DNA of 64,000 bases. Source: Carcharhinus longimanus (taxonomy: Eukaryota). Each line of letters opens with the position of its first letter. The stretch's first letter is position 1. Location: contig JASCQW010000098.1 of NCBI GenBank assembly GCA_030264375.1, positions 61,888,238 through 61,952,237 on the forward strand. Direction: 5' to 3'. This document shows positions 1-12,050 of this stretch, piece after piece. The position numbers and the translations under genes were made by a program. The notes below the pieces were generated by a model. That model had not been told where the DNA came from, searched no databases, and saw only the letters and a program-made list of their open reading frames with translations.

Positions 1-714
1 CTTCAAATAAGTTGCACATTGAAACCCTTACAGAATCCTTCCTGAGCTTTGAGGTGTCTTTGATCTTTCATAAAGCCACAGTATGTTCGACACATTTCTG
101 ATGAGATTAAAATCTTTCTTCCTTTCCAGTTCTTCTACTGACCTCCAGAGTTTCAGGTATTGTGACAATGCAAAGACTTAACTCAGGGCAGAAAGATTTC
201 CTATATTTTAGGATTTTTTAGGATTCCATACTCTGATGATGATGTAATAGCCTTCATGTTAGCCTTGCTATTAACTCCTCTCCGCAATGAATGAAGGAGG
301 GTTGGGGTAGGGTAAAAATTTTTGAATGAGGAGCTTAACTCCAAAATGCTGCACTCATGTCCATTTTTGGTTTTTGCAACAGTGAGTGGGGTGCCATGTC
401 AGTGCTTCACACCTGAAAGGAAGGATGCATTGACATACTTGAACTATATTCTAGTAATGCCACTGAGAGCCCAATTTAAATTTAACTGTTGTCAAGCATC
501 TTTTCCAGCTCAGAAATGATGGTTGCTGGGTCTTTTATAGCACTTCTTGTTCCAGGAAGAACAGGAGTGCTTTCCCTGCAGTCTTTCAAGGAAACCTTCG
601 CTTACCCTCGACCATCCCCTTATTGGGAAATAAGGCTTAATTGCCCATTGCGAAGATGACATTAATAAAATCACAAGGAAACTCCTAACAGTGCAACAGG
701 AGGATGGAGGATAA

Positions 715-1149
715 GAGCAACACAAATTGGGGGTACGGAGAGAGAGAAAGAGAAGCAACACAAACAGAAAGAGGGAGAGTGAGAGAGCAAGCAACACAAA
801 CTGAGAGGAATGGGGAGACAATGACATAAGCAGAGAGAGAGCGACACAAACTGCTGGGGAAAGCAAGACCAACACAAACTGAGAAGGGGAGAGTTCGAGA
901 GCAAGCAACACAAACTGAGATAAGAGGGAGAAGGAGAAAATGACACAAACATAAAGAGAGAAAGCGACACAAACTGCAGGAGAAAGAGAAGAAGAGCGAC
1001 ACAAACTGAGAAAAGGAGAATGAGAACAAAACTGAAAAGAGACAGAATGACATAAGCTGGGGATAGAAACAGATAGATGACAAACTGGGGAATGGAGAGA
1101 GAGACACACACACACAAACTCAAGAAGGGAGACAGAGTGACACAAAATA

Positions 1150-1226
<77 letters not shown>

Positions 1227-1280
1227 GGGAGCTAACACAAACTGGGGAGAGGGAGAAAGAGAGAGCAATACAAACTGATG
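715..1280. repeat. Degenerate purine-rich minisatellite with core ACACAAACTG, containing an (AC)n microsatellite
   Basis: The motif (gc/ga)ACACAAACTG + GA-rich spacer recurs about every 30-40 bp. It explains the low-complexity minus-strand ORFs at 510-1268. Confidence 0.85.
1154..1221. repeat. (AC)34 microsatellite
   Basis: Uninterrupted AC run. Confidence 0.97.
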
Positions 1281-2336
1281 AAGCGATTTTTGAACTTTTA
1301 TGACCAGTTCAAGGGTGCTTGAGAAGTGTTAAAATTTTTCATACATTAATTATGAACATTTCAATAAATCCCTATTCTCATAAATTACATGTTCTCAGGT
1401 TTTGGGGAAAGAAAAAAGTTGAACTCCTTAAAATATGCCTCGTCTGTCTTAAAGTATAAAGTGCAGTATTGAAAAAGAACAAAGGACTTTGAGTAAAAGT
1501 GGAAATGTCAATTTTAGCAAAACATTCTTCAGTGATTGATACAAAATTTCCTTACGTAAGGTGAACATTTCTTTACTATTTCATGTACAAGTTTCTGAAT
1601 TTGTTGGAAGGATTCTGTTTTCATAACAAGTCATTTTGCAAGTGATTTTTATCATTTGTAGTAAGATTGCAAAGAAACAAATGTGGCATTATAATGACAC
1701 AGGTGACAAAAGGTTCTTCAGTCTCAAGCAACACAAGGTGAGCCAAATTTCTTTTTCATGATGGCCCTACTTTTTGATATGCTTTGTTATTTATCTCTCC
1801 CTTCAATGGACACAAACTTACTGGTCCTGTTTCGGTGGATTCTGGCTTTCAAAGCATTGTTCTTAGTGACGATTAAGTAGATTATGTGAGTGGTATGGAC
1901 TTCTTACTTGTCATTCTGATCTTCATACTTGATGCCCCTAACTCCCAGCATCAATGATTACACTGATGTGGGAAACTCCCTTTGGTACTTCCAATTAGTT
2001 TTAGGAAATTGGAAGTGGTAGGGTAGAACTTTTTTGCTTGGGACTGAGCATTCACTCCTTATAAGTGTTTGATCATTTGGTTTCAGGTGATTCAGGTGTC
2101 CTTCCATTGCCAGAGTTAAACTGTTTTTTTTGTTTTGACAAGACTTATAATGATAGTGTTTAGGCTTTTTATTATTTAGGTGTGTTATTTTGTTATTGGT
2201 ATCAATATATATATTTGTATACTTCCCATTTGTGCAACTGCACTTCTCACTCTTATAGCACTTCCACTCCACTCCTTGAATAACCTAAAGGAAAGTCAAG
2301 GTTTTCTACTCTGGAGAGAGACATTTCATGATTAAT

Positions 2337-2412
2337 GAACATAAGAACATAAGAAATAGGAGCAGGAGTAGGCCATATAGCCCTTCGAGCCTGCCCCGCC
2401 ATTCAATAAGAT
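2337..2412 (-). mobile_element. CR1-clade LINE 3' tail running into an assembly gap
   Basis: gaacataagaacataagaaataggagcaggagtaggcc...ccattcaat is the reverse complement of the tail at 4241-4340 and nearly identical to 51409-51479. Confidence 0.85.
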
Positions 2413-2512
2413 NNNNNNNNNNNNNNNNNNNNNNNNNNNNNNNNNNNNNNNNNNNNNNNNNNNNNNNNNNNNNNNNNNNNNNNNNNNNNNNNNNNNNNNN
2501 NNNNNNNNNNNN

Positions 2513-2832
2513 CCCAGAGATTCTAGACCATTAATAACCAATCAGACAAAAACGATTAACACACACTTAAAACAATTGCTCCAACACTCAAACATTGAGA
2601 CAGGACGGCTGAAGTCAAATACTATAAATAAAGGATTAGCATTTGAAACATGTACTACACTGAAGTTCAGGTATAACTGTAGCCCATTGCGGGGGAGTCT
2701 TTAGTGTGCTTTCGGGACAGTCCGATTGTATGTCCCGACTGCACCTCTGTTGACGTAAAAGAAAATAAAGCTGCGCCGTTATTGAACTTCACCCTGAGTC
2801 CATAGTGGTCGTTTCGCCCACTCGCACTAACA
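2513..2832 (+). mobile_element. Possible 3' part of a solo LTR
   Basis: CCAAT (~2538), TATAAA (~2624) and AATAAA (~2764) occur in LTR order, the segment ends in ...CTAACA, and it is more CpG-rich than its flanks. No 5' TG or target-site duplication found. Confidence 0.3.
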
Positions 2833-3071
2833 TGACCATTGTTTAGAAGTTCAGTTGGCTCAATACCATTTTATTAAGATCATTCAATGATTTAATCATA
2901 GTTTTGTTAAAATTGGACAGTATAAGTTCACTGCGTTTTCCGCTGTATGCCAATTGCAAATTCATATCAGATAGTCTTGTAATAAAACATGTCCTCAATG
3001 CCCGGCAGTACTTTTAAACCAGTGTGGTATGTGATACTTTTTTACCAAAAATGCTAAGTTTTGCAAAGAAA

Positions 3072-3665
3072 ATGGGGCGGATTCACTTACTATTCACAGC
3101 CCACCACTGTTGCCAGCAAGAACAGAAAATTTAGCATTCAGCAAGCCTCCATTCATTACAGCGGGACTGGAGAATCCCAGCTGCGGGCAAGGTCAAAGAA
3201 TTCAACCCAATGTTACAACTCAATTCATACAATGAAATGTTATAGGGACATAGGGGAGATTTTAACCCTCCTCCAGCTGACACAAACAATGGGGTTCTCT
3301 TCCCCCCCCCCCCACCGACGCCAACAACGGGGGTCTCCCCCACCTATGTCAACATCAGGGCACTCCCCGGGCAAAGGTTAGCACTTCTAAAGTGAAAGTG
3401 CCAACCCAGCAGTGTCAACCTGTTTCAGGGAGCAGTGCCAGGGCACTGCTCAGACATGTCCCTCTCCCACCAGGCCTCTACTTAGCTTGGTGTCTCTGGC
3501 AGGATTCCCTCAACTGTTTCCTGTGTTCACAAGCCTATTGTGAACCTTGCCAACAAAGTTTCAATATTTTGTGAGGGGGAGATCCTTTAAACATATGTTA
3601 ATACATTAAAATGTATTTAAATTAAAAAACCTTGTTACATCACTAGCCAGGGGATGGAGAAAATC
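3072..3665. mobile_element. Degenerate MITE-like element of the GGGCGGGATTTT.../...GGAAAATCC family
   Basis: Shares ccatt...gcgggactgga and gaaaatc motifs with the copies at 5700-5870 and 63161-63297. Confidence 0.4.
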
Positions 3666-3739
3666 AACAAACATGATTTGTCCTCATCATCTGTTCCCCG
3701 CCAGCTTCTGTTCACTTTGAACTGATCTGTGACCTTTTC

Positions 3740-4340
3740 CATCTCTGCGGCAGCACTTGGAGTATTGCGTACAGTTCTGGTCGCCGCATTATAAGAAAGA
3801 TGTGGAAGCATTGGAAAGGGTGCAGAGGANNNNNNNNNNNNNNNNNNNNNNNNNNNNNNNNNNNNNNNNNNNNNNNNNNNNNNNNNNNNNNNNNNNNNNN
3901 NNNNNNNNNNNNNNNNNNNNNNNNNNNNNNNNNNNNNNNNNNNNNNNNNNNNNNNNNNNNNNNNNNNNNNNNNNNNNNNNNNNNNNNNNNNNNNNNNNNN
4001 NNNNNNNNNNNNNNNNNNNNNNNNNNNNNNNNNNNNNNNNNNNNNNNNNNNNNNNNNNNNNNNNNNNNNNNNNNNNNNNNNNNNNNNNNNNNNNNNNNNN
4101 NNNNNNNNNNNNNNNNNNNNNNNNNNNNNNNNNNNNNNNNNNNNNNNNNNNNNNNNNNNNNNNNNNNNNNNNNNNNNNNNNNNNNNNNNNNNNNNNNNNN
4201 NNNNNNNNNNNNNNNNNNNNNNNNNNNNNNNNNNNNNNNNNTCCACTTCAGATCAGCCATGATCTTATTGAATGGTGGGGCAAGCTCGAAGGGCTAGATG
4301 GCCTACTCCTGCTCCTATCTCTTATGTTCTATGTTCTTAT
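3740..4340 (+). mobile_element. CR1-clade LINE 3' fragment (ORF2 C-terminus and tail), mostly gap
   Basis: Translates to [24 protein letters not shown], a CR1 ORF2 hallmark. The tail ends in cttatgttctatgttcttatg repeats. Confidence 0.9.
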
Positions 4341-5414
4341 GAGTGTGACTCTCTACCCATATGCCAGTGCAGGGAATCATAAAGACTTTTAGCTTCTAGT
4401 TGTTCTCTCTTTCTCTCCTTGACCTTGGTGGACTAACCTGTCCGTGATAACCAGTGATATTTTAGGAAAGGTTATAACCCAATATCACAATGTTTCCTCT
4501 GTACCCTTCCCATCTCAATGTCCATCATCATGGTAATATGAATCACATGGGCCTTGTATTCAGATAGGGATGCTAATTAGCTATCCTTGAGATCCAATTC
4601 TCTTTCACCTCAAAGTAAATGGATATTTTGAAGCACAACTGTTTACTACTCAACATTCTTAACACTTTTCTGGGACTTTGGAAACTCACAGTCTATCCAT
4701 TGTTCATACAGAGGCCACTGCCGTTGTCTCCAGGTGTACATTTTACTCTATTTAAAGACACCTCTTATAAACTATTTAATTGTAACAGAGAAGGAGTTCT
4801 ATCGTAAAATGACAAGGTCGGCAGCAGAGAGAAATTAGGAAGGAAAATCAGAGAGTTAAGGCTGAAGCAGCTCAACATTATACCAGCAATAATGAGGCAA
4901 AGGGAGAGGGAATGCTAAATGGCCAGATTCAGAGAGAATATTAAGTTATAGGAAGTATAGAGATTCATCGAAGCAAGATCTTGGAAGCATTTGATTGACA
5001 ATAATGACAATTGCAAAATAACTGCACTGGAAAATAGTGATCCAACGTATCTGTTAAAATAGAAATTAAATTGACAGTGCATGCCCACCTTCTCCATAGG
5101 TATGGGAATCTTGTTCAAGGAGACTGCAAATATCAGCAGTGAGCTGCTGTGAGAGCCTGAGCTTCCTAAAGCACTAGAGCTCACACATGTCAGGAGAACT
5201 GATTCTCCAGCTACAAATCATGTGTTGGATGTTTTGCCTCCTTCCAGGTGGATTCCTGTGGTCCATTCTCTCTATCCCGTGGAGGAGAATGCAGCTAAGG
5301 AGAATGCTGCTGGTGTTCCTTCTGCTGCTCCTAGGACAGCGAGTAGTGATCTTGCTTCTCCCCTTGTCCCTCGTTAGAAGTGCAAGGCAGAGCTGGAAAA
5401 GCTGATCCCACTGC

Positions 5415-5598
5415 CATGATGAAGTCTGTAAGAAGTCTCACAACATCATGCTGAAGTCTAACAGGTTTATTTGGTAGCACAAGCCACTAGCTTTTGGAGC
5501 GCTGCTCCTTCATCAGGTGAATGAGATTTCAGTTCACAAACAGGGCATATAAGCTTGAGTTTGTGTCTTTATATGCCCTGTTTGTGAACTGAAATCCC
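5415..5598 (-). mobile_element. Penelope-like pseudo-LTR relic with minimal hammerhead motif and fold-back junction
   Basis: Minus strand 5484-5520 reads TCAC-CTGATGA-A-GGAGC-AGC-GCTCC-AAAA-GC-TA-GTGG. Perfect 28-bp inverted repeat at 5525-5552/5569-5596. Homologous to 12051-12510 and 14253-14457. Confidence 0.75.
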
Positions 5599-5699
5599 AN
5601 NNNNNNNNNNNNNNNNNNNNNNNNNNNNNNNNNNNNNNNNNNNNNNNNNNNNNNNNNNNNNNNNNNNNNNNNNNNNNNNNNNNNNNNNNNNNNNNNNNN

Positions 5700-5870
5700 G
5701 ACACCCCCCCCCCCCCCCCCCACTGTGGGCCCTCCAGAGTGGGCAAGCCATACAAAGTGCCATTGACCTTGGCGGGACTGGAAGATGCCACTAGCAGCCA
5801 ATGGCGAGATGCCTCCGCCTCCGGAAAACATGCCGTGACGGGTCAGGGGAGGAAGGTGGAAAATCCAGGC
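5700..5870. mobile_element. MITE-like element, right part
   Basis: Ends in ggaaaatccaggcc. Internal ccattgaccttggcgggact is shared with 63238-63260. Confidence 0.5.
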
Positions 5871-5876
5871 CGAAGT

Positions 5877-6705
5877 GCCAGCTGTGGCTCAGTTGCCTCT
5901 GAATCACAAGATTTGAGATTCAAGTCTGAGTTGAAGGGTTTGAACACAAAAATCAGGACTAACAATCCAATGCAGCAGTGAGGGAGCACTGCCATACTGG
6001 AGGGGAATAAGACGTTAAACTGAGGCTCTTTCTGCCTTCTTTTTATTCATTCGTGGGGCAGGGGCTCTGCTGGCTGGGTCAGCATTTGTTGCCTATCCCT
6101 AGTTGCTCTTGAACTCAGCGTCTCGCTAGCCCATTTCAGAGGGCAGTTAAGAGTCAACCACATTGCTGTGGATCTGGTGTCACGTGTAGGCCAGACCTGG
6201 TAAGGACAGAAGATTTCCTTCCCTAAGTGACATCAATGAACCAGATGGGTTTTTCCAACAATCAACAATGGTTTCATGGTAATCAATAGATTCTTAATTC
6301 CAGATATTCTTTTGTGAATTCAAATCCCACCATCTGCTGTGGCGGGATTCGAACCTTGGTTCCCATTTAGTTGAGTTTCTGGATTAATACTCTAGCGACA
6401 GTACCACTCGGCTTCCCTTGCCATGGTGGATGCAAAAGATTTCAGGGCACAATTTCAAAGAAGAGAAGGGGAGGTTATGTTTGGTGGCCTGGCCAATACT
6501 TATCTCACAGTCAACATCCCCCAAAAAAACTGATTATCTGGTTGATATCCACATTGCAATTTATGGCAGCCTGGTGAACATGAACAGACTGATGTTCTTA
6601 CGTTCTAGCAATGATCATATTTCCTGAAATACTTCAGGGGAGGGAAAATGCCTTGCAATGTTTGATGGTTATGAACATGTCATATATAATTCCAAGCTTT
6701 TCTTT
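5877..6705 (+). mobile_element. Old Deu-domain SINE (SacSINE1/AmnSINE1-like), split by a younger SINE at ~6040-6415
   Basis: tRNA-like head gctgtggctcagttg. Deu-like core agacgttaaactgaggctc...ggtggatgcaaaagat...gaagagaagggg...ctggccaatacttatc...gattatctggt. Family recognised from memory of the consensus. Confidence 0.65.
6040..6415 (-). mobile_element. SINE family B (tail shared with the CR1-like LINE at 10.0-11.5 kb)
   Basis: ttttattcattcgtgggg...gagtcaaccacattgctgtgg...ccttccctaa...gaaccagatggg...gggattcgaacc (B-box). Matches the copies at 8060, 12116, 25310 and 52195. Confidence 0.8.
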
Positions 6706-7267
6706 TTATAATCTCATCACCTGAGCTGTCAAAACACATTTTTTTTAAATTAATTTTTTCCACTCATCAAAGTGTAAGAAACTACTGTGGCAATGGAAGT
6801 TTTGCTAATCTTCCCCCCAGCATCAAACTGATCTAAGTCAGGTAAAGCACAGATAAAGCTCCCTCTCCTCTGCTGTAACAATTTTCAGTCACTTCAATCT
6901 CTCAGGATCTCCTACTGTGTCAGTGTAATGTTTCTATTCCCCACACACCAAGCAGGACTGCAACTTCTGGAAATCAGGCTGTCATTTAAGTGCAGAATTA
7001 TGGGCAGTTGCGTGTCATGCGCTAAAACCGGTGGGATCTGTCAAAAAATCCCCAAGAGAATTTCATTTGAAATTCTTGCAGCTGAGGGGAGAGTGAGAGA
7101 GAGGAATCTATCCTTTCAGTTTCTCAGAGAAGGATATATTTATCAGGTTTTAAAAAATCTTTTCTGGAGGAGCATGGGGGGGAGGTGTTGAGGTGGATTT
7201 TCACAGGGGTTTCTCCCACCCATTTTCTGTGGCTTTAATGTTGAACAAAAAAGTAGACAAGCTGAGA

Positions 7268-7431
7268 AGTCCAAAGATGTGCGGGTTAGGTGGATTGGCC
7301 ATGTTAAATTGCCCCTCATTGTCAGGGGGAGTAGCTAGGGTAAATGCAGAGGGTTATCAGGTGGGATTGTGGTGAGTGCGGACTCGATGGGCCAAATGGC
7401 CTTCTTCTGCCCTGTAGGATTCTATGATTCT
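7268..7431 (+). mobile_element. 5'-truncated V-SINE (HE1-like)
   Basis: agtccaaagatgtgcgggttagg...gatgggccaaatggcc...gattctatgattct. Confidence 0.85.
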
Positions 7432-7650
7432 AGGCAGGAGAACCATTGCGTTCACACACTGATCCAGAATATGAAAAGCAAGGAGATAATGCTGAACTTG
7501 CCCGGGTTTTTAACAATTGTTCTCAAGTGTGGGAACTAGATTGTCCCGCAGCCATGATACCCTAAGAAGCTGGAAGCAGTTATCCTAGCGGTGATGGTAT
7601 TCAAATCCAATAATGAGGAAGAAATTGAGATAAACATTCAAGCCAGAGAT

Positions 7651-7941
7651 GGCACAGTGGTTAGCACTGCTGCCTCGCAGCACCAGAGAACCGGGTTCGA
7701 TTCCAGCTGAAATGACTGTCTGCGTGGAATTTGCAAATTCTTCCCATGCCTGCGTGGGTTTTTTCCTGGTGCTCTGGTTTCCTCCCACAATCCAAAGATG
7801 TGCGGGTTAGGTTGATTGGCCATGCTAAATTGCCACTTAGTGTTAAGGTAAAAATGTGGGGTTAGGGGATAACCTGGGTGGGATTGTTGTCAGTACCAGC
7901 TCGATGGGCCGAATAGCCTCCTTCAGCAATGTAGGGATTCC
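7651..7941 (+). mobile_element. V-SINE (HE1-like), near full length
   Basis: tRNA-derived head (ggcacagtggttagcac, gggttcgattcc), V-domain gtgctctggtttcctcccacaatccaaag, and the family tail. Confidence 0.9.
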
Positions 7942-8059
7942 ACGAAAGGTCAACTGGATGTGACAGCACCCACGTCAGATTGCTGCACTTGTCCTTCTTG
8001 CAGGTAAGGGTCATGCATATTTGAGATGCTGTTGAAGTAAGGACAAGGTTGGCCACAAC

Positions 8060-8250
8060 TGAAAAACCCATCGGGTCCACTAATGTCCTTTCCAGAAGGA
8101 AATCTGCCTCCCTTACTCAGTCTGGCCCACATGTGACTCCAGAGCCACAGCTATGTGCTTGACTCTCAGCTGCTCTCGAGCAACTCGGAACGGGCAATAA
8201 ATGCTGGTCAGTCAGCGACGCCCAAGTCCCACGAATGAATAAAAAAAAGA
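8060..8250 (+). mobile_element. SINE family B, 3' part
   Basis: cactaatgtcctttccagaaggaaatctgcc...gggcaataaatgctgg...cccacgaatgaat followed by poly(A). Confidence 0.8.
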
Positions 8251-8384
8251 TGGAAAAAGATGGATGGCACCCCAAAAACGTGCCCTTAGGCTGATTGGTG
8301 TAACAAATTGTCCCTAAATTAGTCTTCCCTCAATCTTGCCCAATAGACATAGACAAAGGTCATAGGTGGAGGAGGGCACACACA

Positions 8385-8460
8385 ATGTTAAAATGGCGGC
8401 GTGGGCTCGTTGGGCCGAAGGGCCTGTTTCCCATGCTGTGTTGTTCTTTGTTCTTTGTTC
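8385..8460 (+). mobile_element. Short CR1-like 3' tail (a second similar copy lies at 9283-9357)
   Basis: gttaaaatgg(g)cggcg...gggccgaagggcctgtttc...tgttctttgttc occurs twice. Confidence 0.6.
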
Positions 8461-9407
8461 AAAGCTCAACCAGTGTGGAGCAGACACTCCTTCATCCTCT
8501 GTGCCCTAAAGAGAAAATGGTGCTGTACTTCATGGGCCTGGCTGTGACAGAGCCTGCTGCATCTCACATCACTGAGAGCGCCCGGGTGACAAAAACTTAC
8601 TGCCTTAAACCCTGCCTCAGCTCCCGCCTCACCTGCTATCTGGCCTAACGTCCAAGTTGCAGAAGTTGTGGCCACCGGACACCCTGCCCTACACCCCGCA
8701 CACACCTTCCCAACATTAATCCTCCCCCTCTGATTTTTGCTTTAAGATTCACAAGACCTGCTTTCTGACCAGCTACAGCAGGCTGAGGAGGAAGAGAGAG
8801 AGAGAGAGGGAGAGAGAAAACAGCACCACATCCTGCTGAAGCAATGTCATCACTCGCTCGGATACCAAATCAGAAAGCTCGGGTTCACCTGGCAGTGCTG
8901 CTGAAAGCACCGCACATCCCAGTGCGGCAGCACAAGTTCAGACTGAGGTCAGGAGATCCATGCTCGCTGCCACCCAGGTGCAGACGGGTAGCCACCAAGT
9001 CTTCAGATCTCAAGGCGCATGCAGGCTTCCCAGTTATCTCTCCTCCAAAGATTATTCGGCTTGCTGAGGTATCGCTTCCCCCCCGCCCCCCCACAGGGAA
9101 TGGCTTTGCCACCAGACAGCACAAACCTAGAGTTTGTTCACTTCCAGGATGACCCTACCCAGCAGTGTCCAAGATTTTGCTTCTCATCCACCCAGGCCAG
9201 ACGATTCCCTTTATTGTGGGGTCCACTAGAGCTAGACAAAAGTCGTGGGCAGAAGATAGACTTGAATAAGGCACTCACTCGAGTGTTAAAATGGGCGGCG
9301 CGGGCTTGTAGGGCCAAAGGGCCTTTTTCCTGTGCTGTGCTGTTCTTTTTTCTTTGATTAGCACCCTCACTGAGATCGTGCAGTCAGGAGCCGTCCTCTC
9401 AAGGGCG

Positions 9408-9724
9408 TAGAACCATAGAATCCCTACAGTGCTGAAGGAGGCCATTTGGCCCATTGAGCCTGCACCGACAACAATTCTACCCAGCCCCCATCCCCGTAAC
9501 CCCACATATTTACCCTACTAATCCCCCTAACCTATACATTATGGGACACTAAGAGGCCATTTAGCAAAGCCAATCGACCTAACCTGCACATCTTTGAACT
9601 GTGGGAGAAAACCCACGCAGGCACAGAGAACATTTGCAAACTCCAAACAGTCACCCGAGGCTGGACTTGAATCCGGGTCCCTGGCTCCGTGTGGTAGCAG
9701 TGCTAACCACTGGGCCACCATGCC
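9408..9724 (-). mobile_element. V-SINE (HE1-like)
   Basis: Reverse complement of the V-SINE consensus seen elsewhere in the window, ending in gtgctaaccactgggccaccatgcc. Confidence 0.9.
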
Positions 9725-10183
9725 AAGAATCTGCAATCTCTCTCAGTGAAATTCAGCAACGTTTCACCAGCTGTGCTTCAGTCACTGGAGTAACACTGCT
9801 CAGGGCCACGAGGAGAGACAAAGGCATCCATAGGATGTACAAAGGGAATGCATAAGGATGAATGCATTGTTTTTATCTCTATAACCAGATGTTTTCTAAC
9901 AGCACTACCGATCAAAACTTCTACCCCCATGTGTATTTCAAAAGAATTTCAAATGAATTTAAGGGTTCCATGGCAGAGTCAGTAAAAAGTCGTAGGTGGC
10001 ACAAAGGAAAACGTGATGATTGGAGGTCAGCTCCACGACATCACTGCAGGAGTTCCCCAGGGTAGCGTTCTAGGCCGAACCACCTTCAGCTGCTTCATCA
10101 GTGACCTTCCTTCCACTATAGGGTCTGAGGTGGGGATGTTCGCTGATGACTGCACAACGTTCAGTATCGTTCGCGACTCCACA

Positions 10184-10485
10184 GGACAGCATGGCGGCAC
10201 AGCGCTGTTGCCTCACAACGCTAGGGGCCCAGGTTCAATTTCAACCTTGAATCACTGTCTGTGTGGAGTTTGCACATTCTCCCCGTGTCTGCTTGAGTTT
10301 TCTCCGGGTGCTCCGGTTTCCCCCCACAGTCCAAAGACGTGCAGGTTAGGTTGACTGGCCGTGCTAAATTGACTCCAGTATCAGTGGGATTAGCAGGGTA
10401 AATATGTGGGATTACGGGAATAGGGCATGGATAGGATTGTGGTTGGTGCACATTCGATGGGTCAAATTGAAGGGATTCTATGATT
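10184..10485 (+). mobile_element. V-SINE inserted into the LINE RT region
   Basis: The LINE sequence is interrupted after cgcgactcc and resumes as (gat)tcctcagatactgaag. The second LINE copy has uninterrupted caactcctcagataatgg at ~46425. Confidence 0.9.
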
Positions 10486-11164
10486 CCTCAGATACTGAAG
10501 CAGTCGATGTCCAAATGCAGCAAGATCTGGACAATTTCCCAGGCTTGGGCTGACAAGGGGCAAAAAATGTTTGCATCACACAATGCAGGTAATGACCATC
10601 TCCAACAAGAGAGGATCTAACTATCACCCTTTGATATTCAGTGGCATTACCATCACTGAATTCTCCACTATCAACACCCTGGCGGTTACCATTGACCAGA
10701 ACCTGAATTGGACTAGTCATGTAAAAACTGTGGCTATAAGAGCTACTCAGAGATTGGGAATCCTGTGATGAGTAATTCACCCCCTGGCTCCCCAAAGCCT
10801 ATCCACCATCTACAAGGCACAAGCCATGAGTGTAAAGGAATTCTCTTCTCTCGTTTGGATGTGTGCAACTCCGACAACACTCAGGAAACTTGACACCATA
10901 CAGCTCGATTGCTAGTCTCCCCACAAACGCTCAATCCCTCCATCACTGACAAAGAATGGCATGTACCATCTACAAGATGCACTGCAGGAATTCACCAAGG
11001 TTCCTGAGACAGCACCTTCCAAATCCATGACCACTATCATCTAGAAGGACAAAAGCAACAAATATCTGGGAACATCACCACCTAGAGGTTCCCTTCCAAG
11101 TCATTTGCCATCATGATTTGGAAATATGTTGCCATTCCTTCACTATCGCTGGGTCAAAATCTTG

Positions 11165-11381
11165 GATTGGATTGGATTTGATTTGATTTATCATTGTCAC
11201 ATGTATGAATATGCAGTGAAAAGTATTGTTTCTTGCGCGCTATACAAAGCATACCATTCATAGAGAAGAAAACGAGAGAGTGTAGAATGTAGTGTTACAG
11301 TCATAGCTAGGGTGTAGAGAAAGACCAACTTAATGCGAGGTAAGTCCATTGAAAAGTCTGACAGCAGCAGGGAAGAAGCTG
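11165..11381 (-). mobile_element. 3' end of a different LINE (Rex/Babar-like) nested in the CR1-like LINE 3'UTR
   Basis: (gattt)n/(gattg)n microsatellite tail, then tttatcattgtcacatgt...gggaagaagctg. The host resumes at ttccctctgtaacagcactgtggg. Clade assignment is from recall. Confidence 0.55.
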
Positions 11382-12050
11382 AGTTCCCTCTGTAACAGCA
11401 CTGTGGGTATAACTACATCACAGGGACCACAGCAGCTCATGGAGGCAACGCACCACCACATTCTGAAGGGCAAATGCTGGCCGAGTCAGCGATGCCCACA
11501 TCCCACAAATGAATTGTAAAAAAAAATGTTGGGCAGCTACTGGAAATAAAACAATGTGCATTTTTATCATGCTTTAAAGTAGCAAAATGAGTCGAAGCAG
11601 GAATGTTGAAAAGTATGGGGAGAGTGCAGAAGGAGGGAGGTTACGCCACCATCCCAGCGCAGGATATTGATAATTTATATTATTGTACTGTACAGAAAGC
11701 TCATAATAGGAACAAGTGAGCCATCATGTCTAATGGTCAGCTACCTTTCACCTTATTCGAAAGCTCCTCACTGGGGTAATTAGCTTCCGTTCAACCGAGG
11801 TTCCAAACACACAGAAAAAACCCCTTTCCCAACAAAAGCTCGATCCAAATGTCAATTGTTACCAAATATTGATTAATTCTTAAAGAAGCACTGGAAACAA
11901 TGTTCAACAAACTGCTTTTTCATTTGTTTGCAAAGGCAAAGCAGCCTGAAAATGAAATGCTGTTTTGTTTGCTTTGGTTTTAATGGTGAAAAAGCGACAA
12001 TTTTCTTGGCTCTTTTCTCCTTATTCCCCATGTGACAGCCACCAAAAGTC

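Larger units (their letters stand above)
10005..11525 (+). mobile_element. CR1-like LINE 3' fragment (RT domain and 3'UTR), degenerate, with two nested insertions
   Basis: Translates to ITAGVPQGSVLG...FSCFISDLPS...MFADD (RT motifs). The tail is gatgcccacatcccacaaatgaat followed by poly(A). Homologous to 45880-47290. Confidence 0.9.

Noticed and set aside
715-1150. Repeat-spacer pattern superficially like a CRISPR array
   Set aside because: Eukaryotic context, spacers are similar GA-rich sequence, repeats are degenerate, and there are no cas genes.
510-1268. 252-, 182- and 142-aa minus-strand ORFs
   Set aside because: They are translations of the minisatellite and (AC)n run (CVCVCV, L/S-rich), with no protein signature.
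7651-7710. tRNA-like A/B boxes here and in similar copies
   Set aside because: These are heads of tRNA-derived SINEs. No full cloverleaf is present.
10013-10354. Reverse transcriptase ORF as a possible functional or domesticated gene
   Set aside because: It is truncated and interrupted by a SINE right after the FADD motif, so it is a dead LINE copy.
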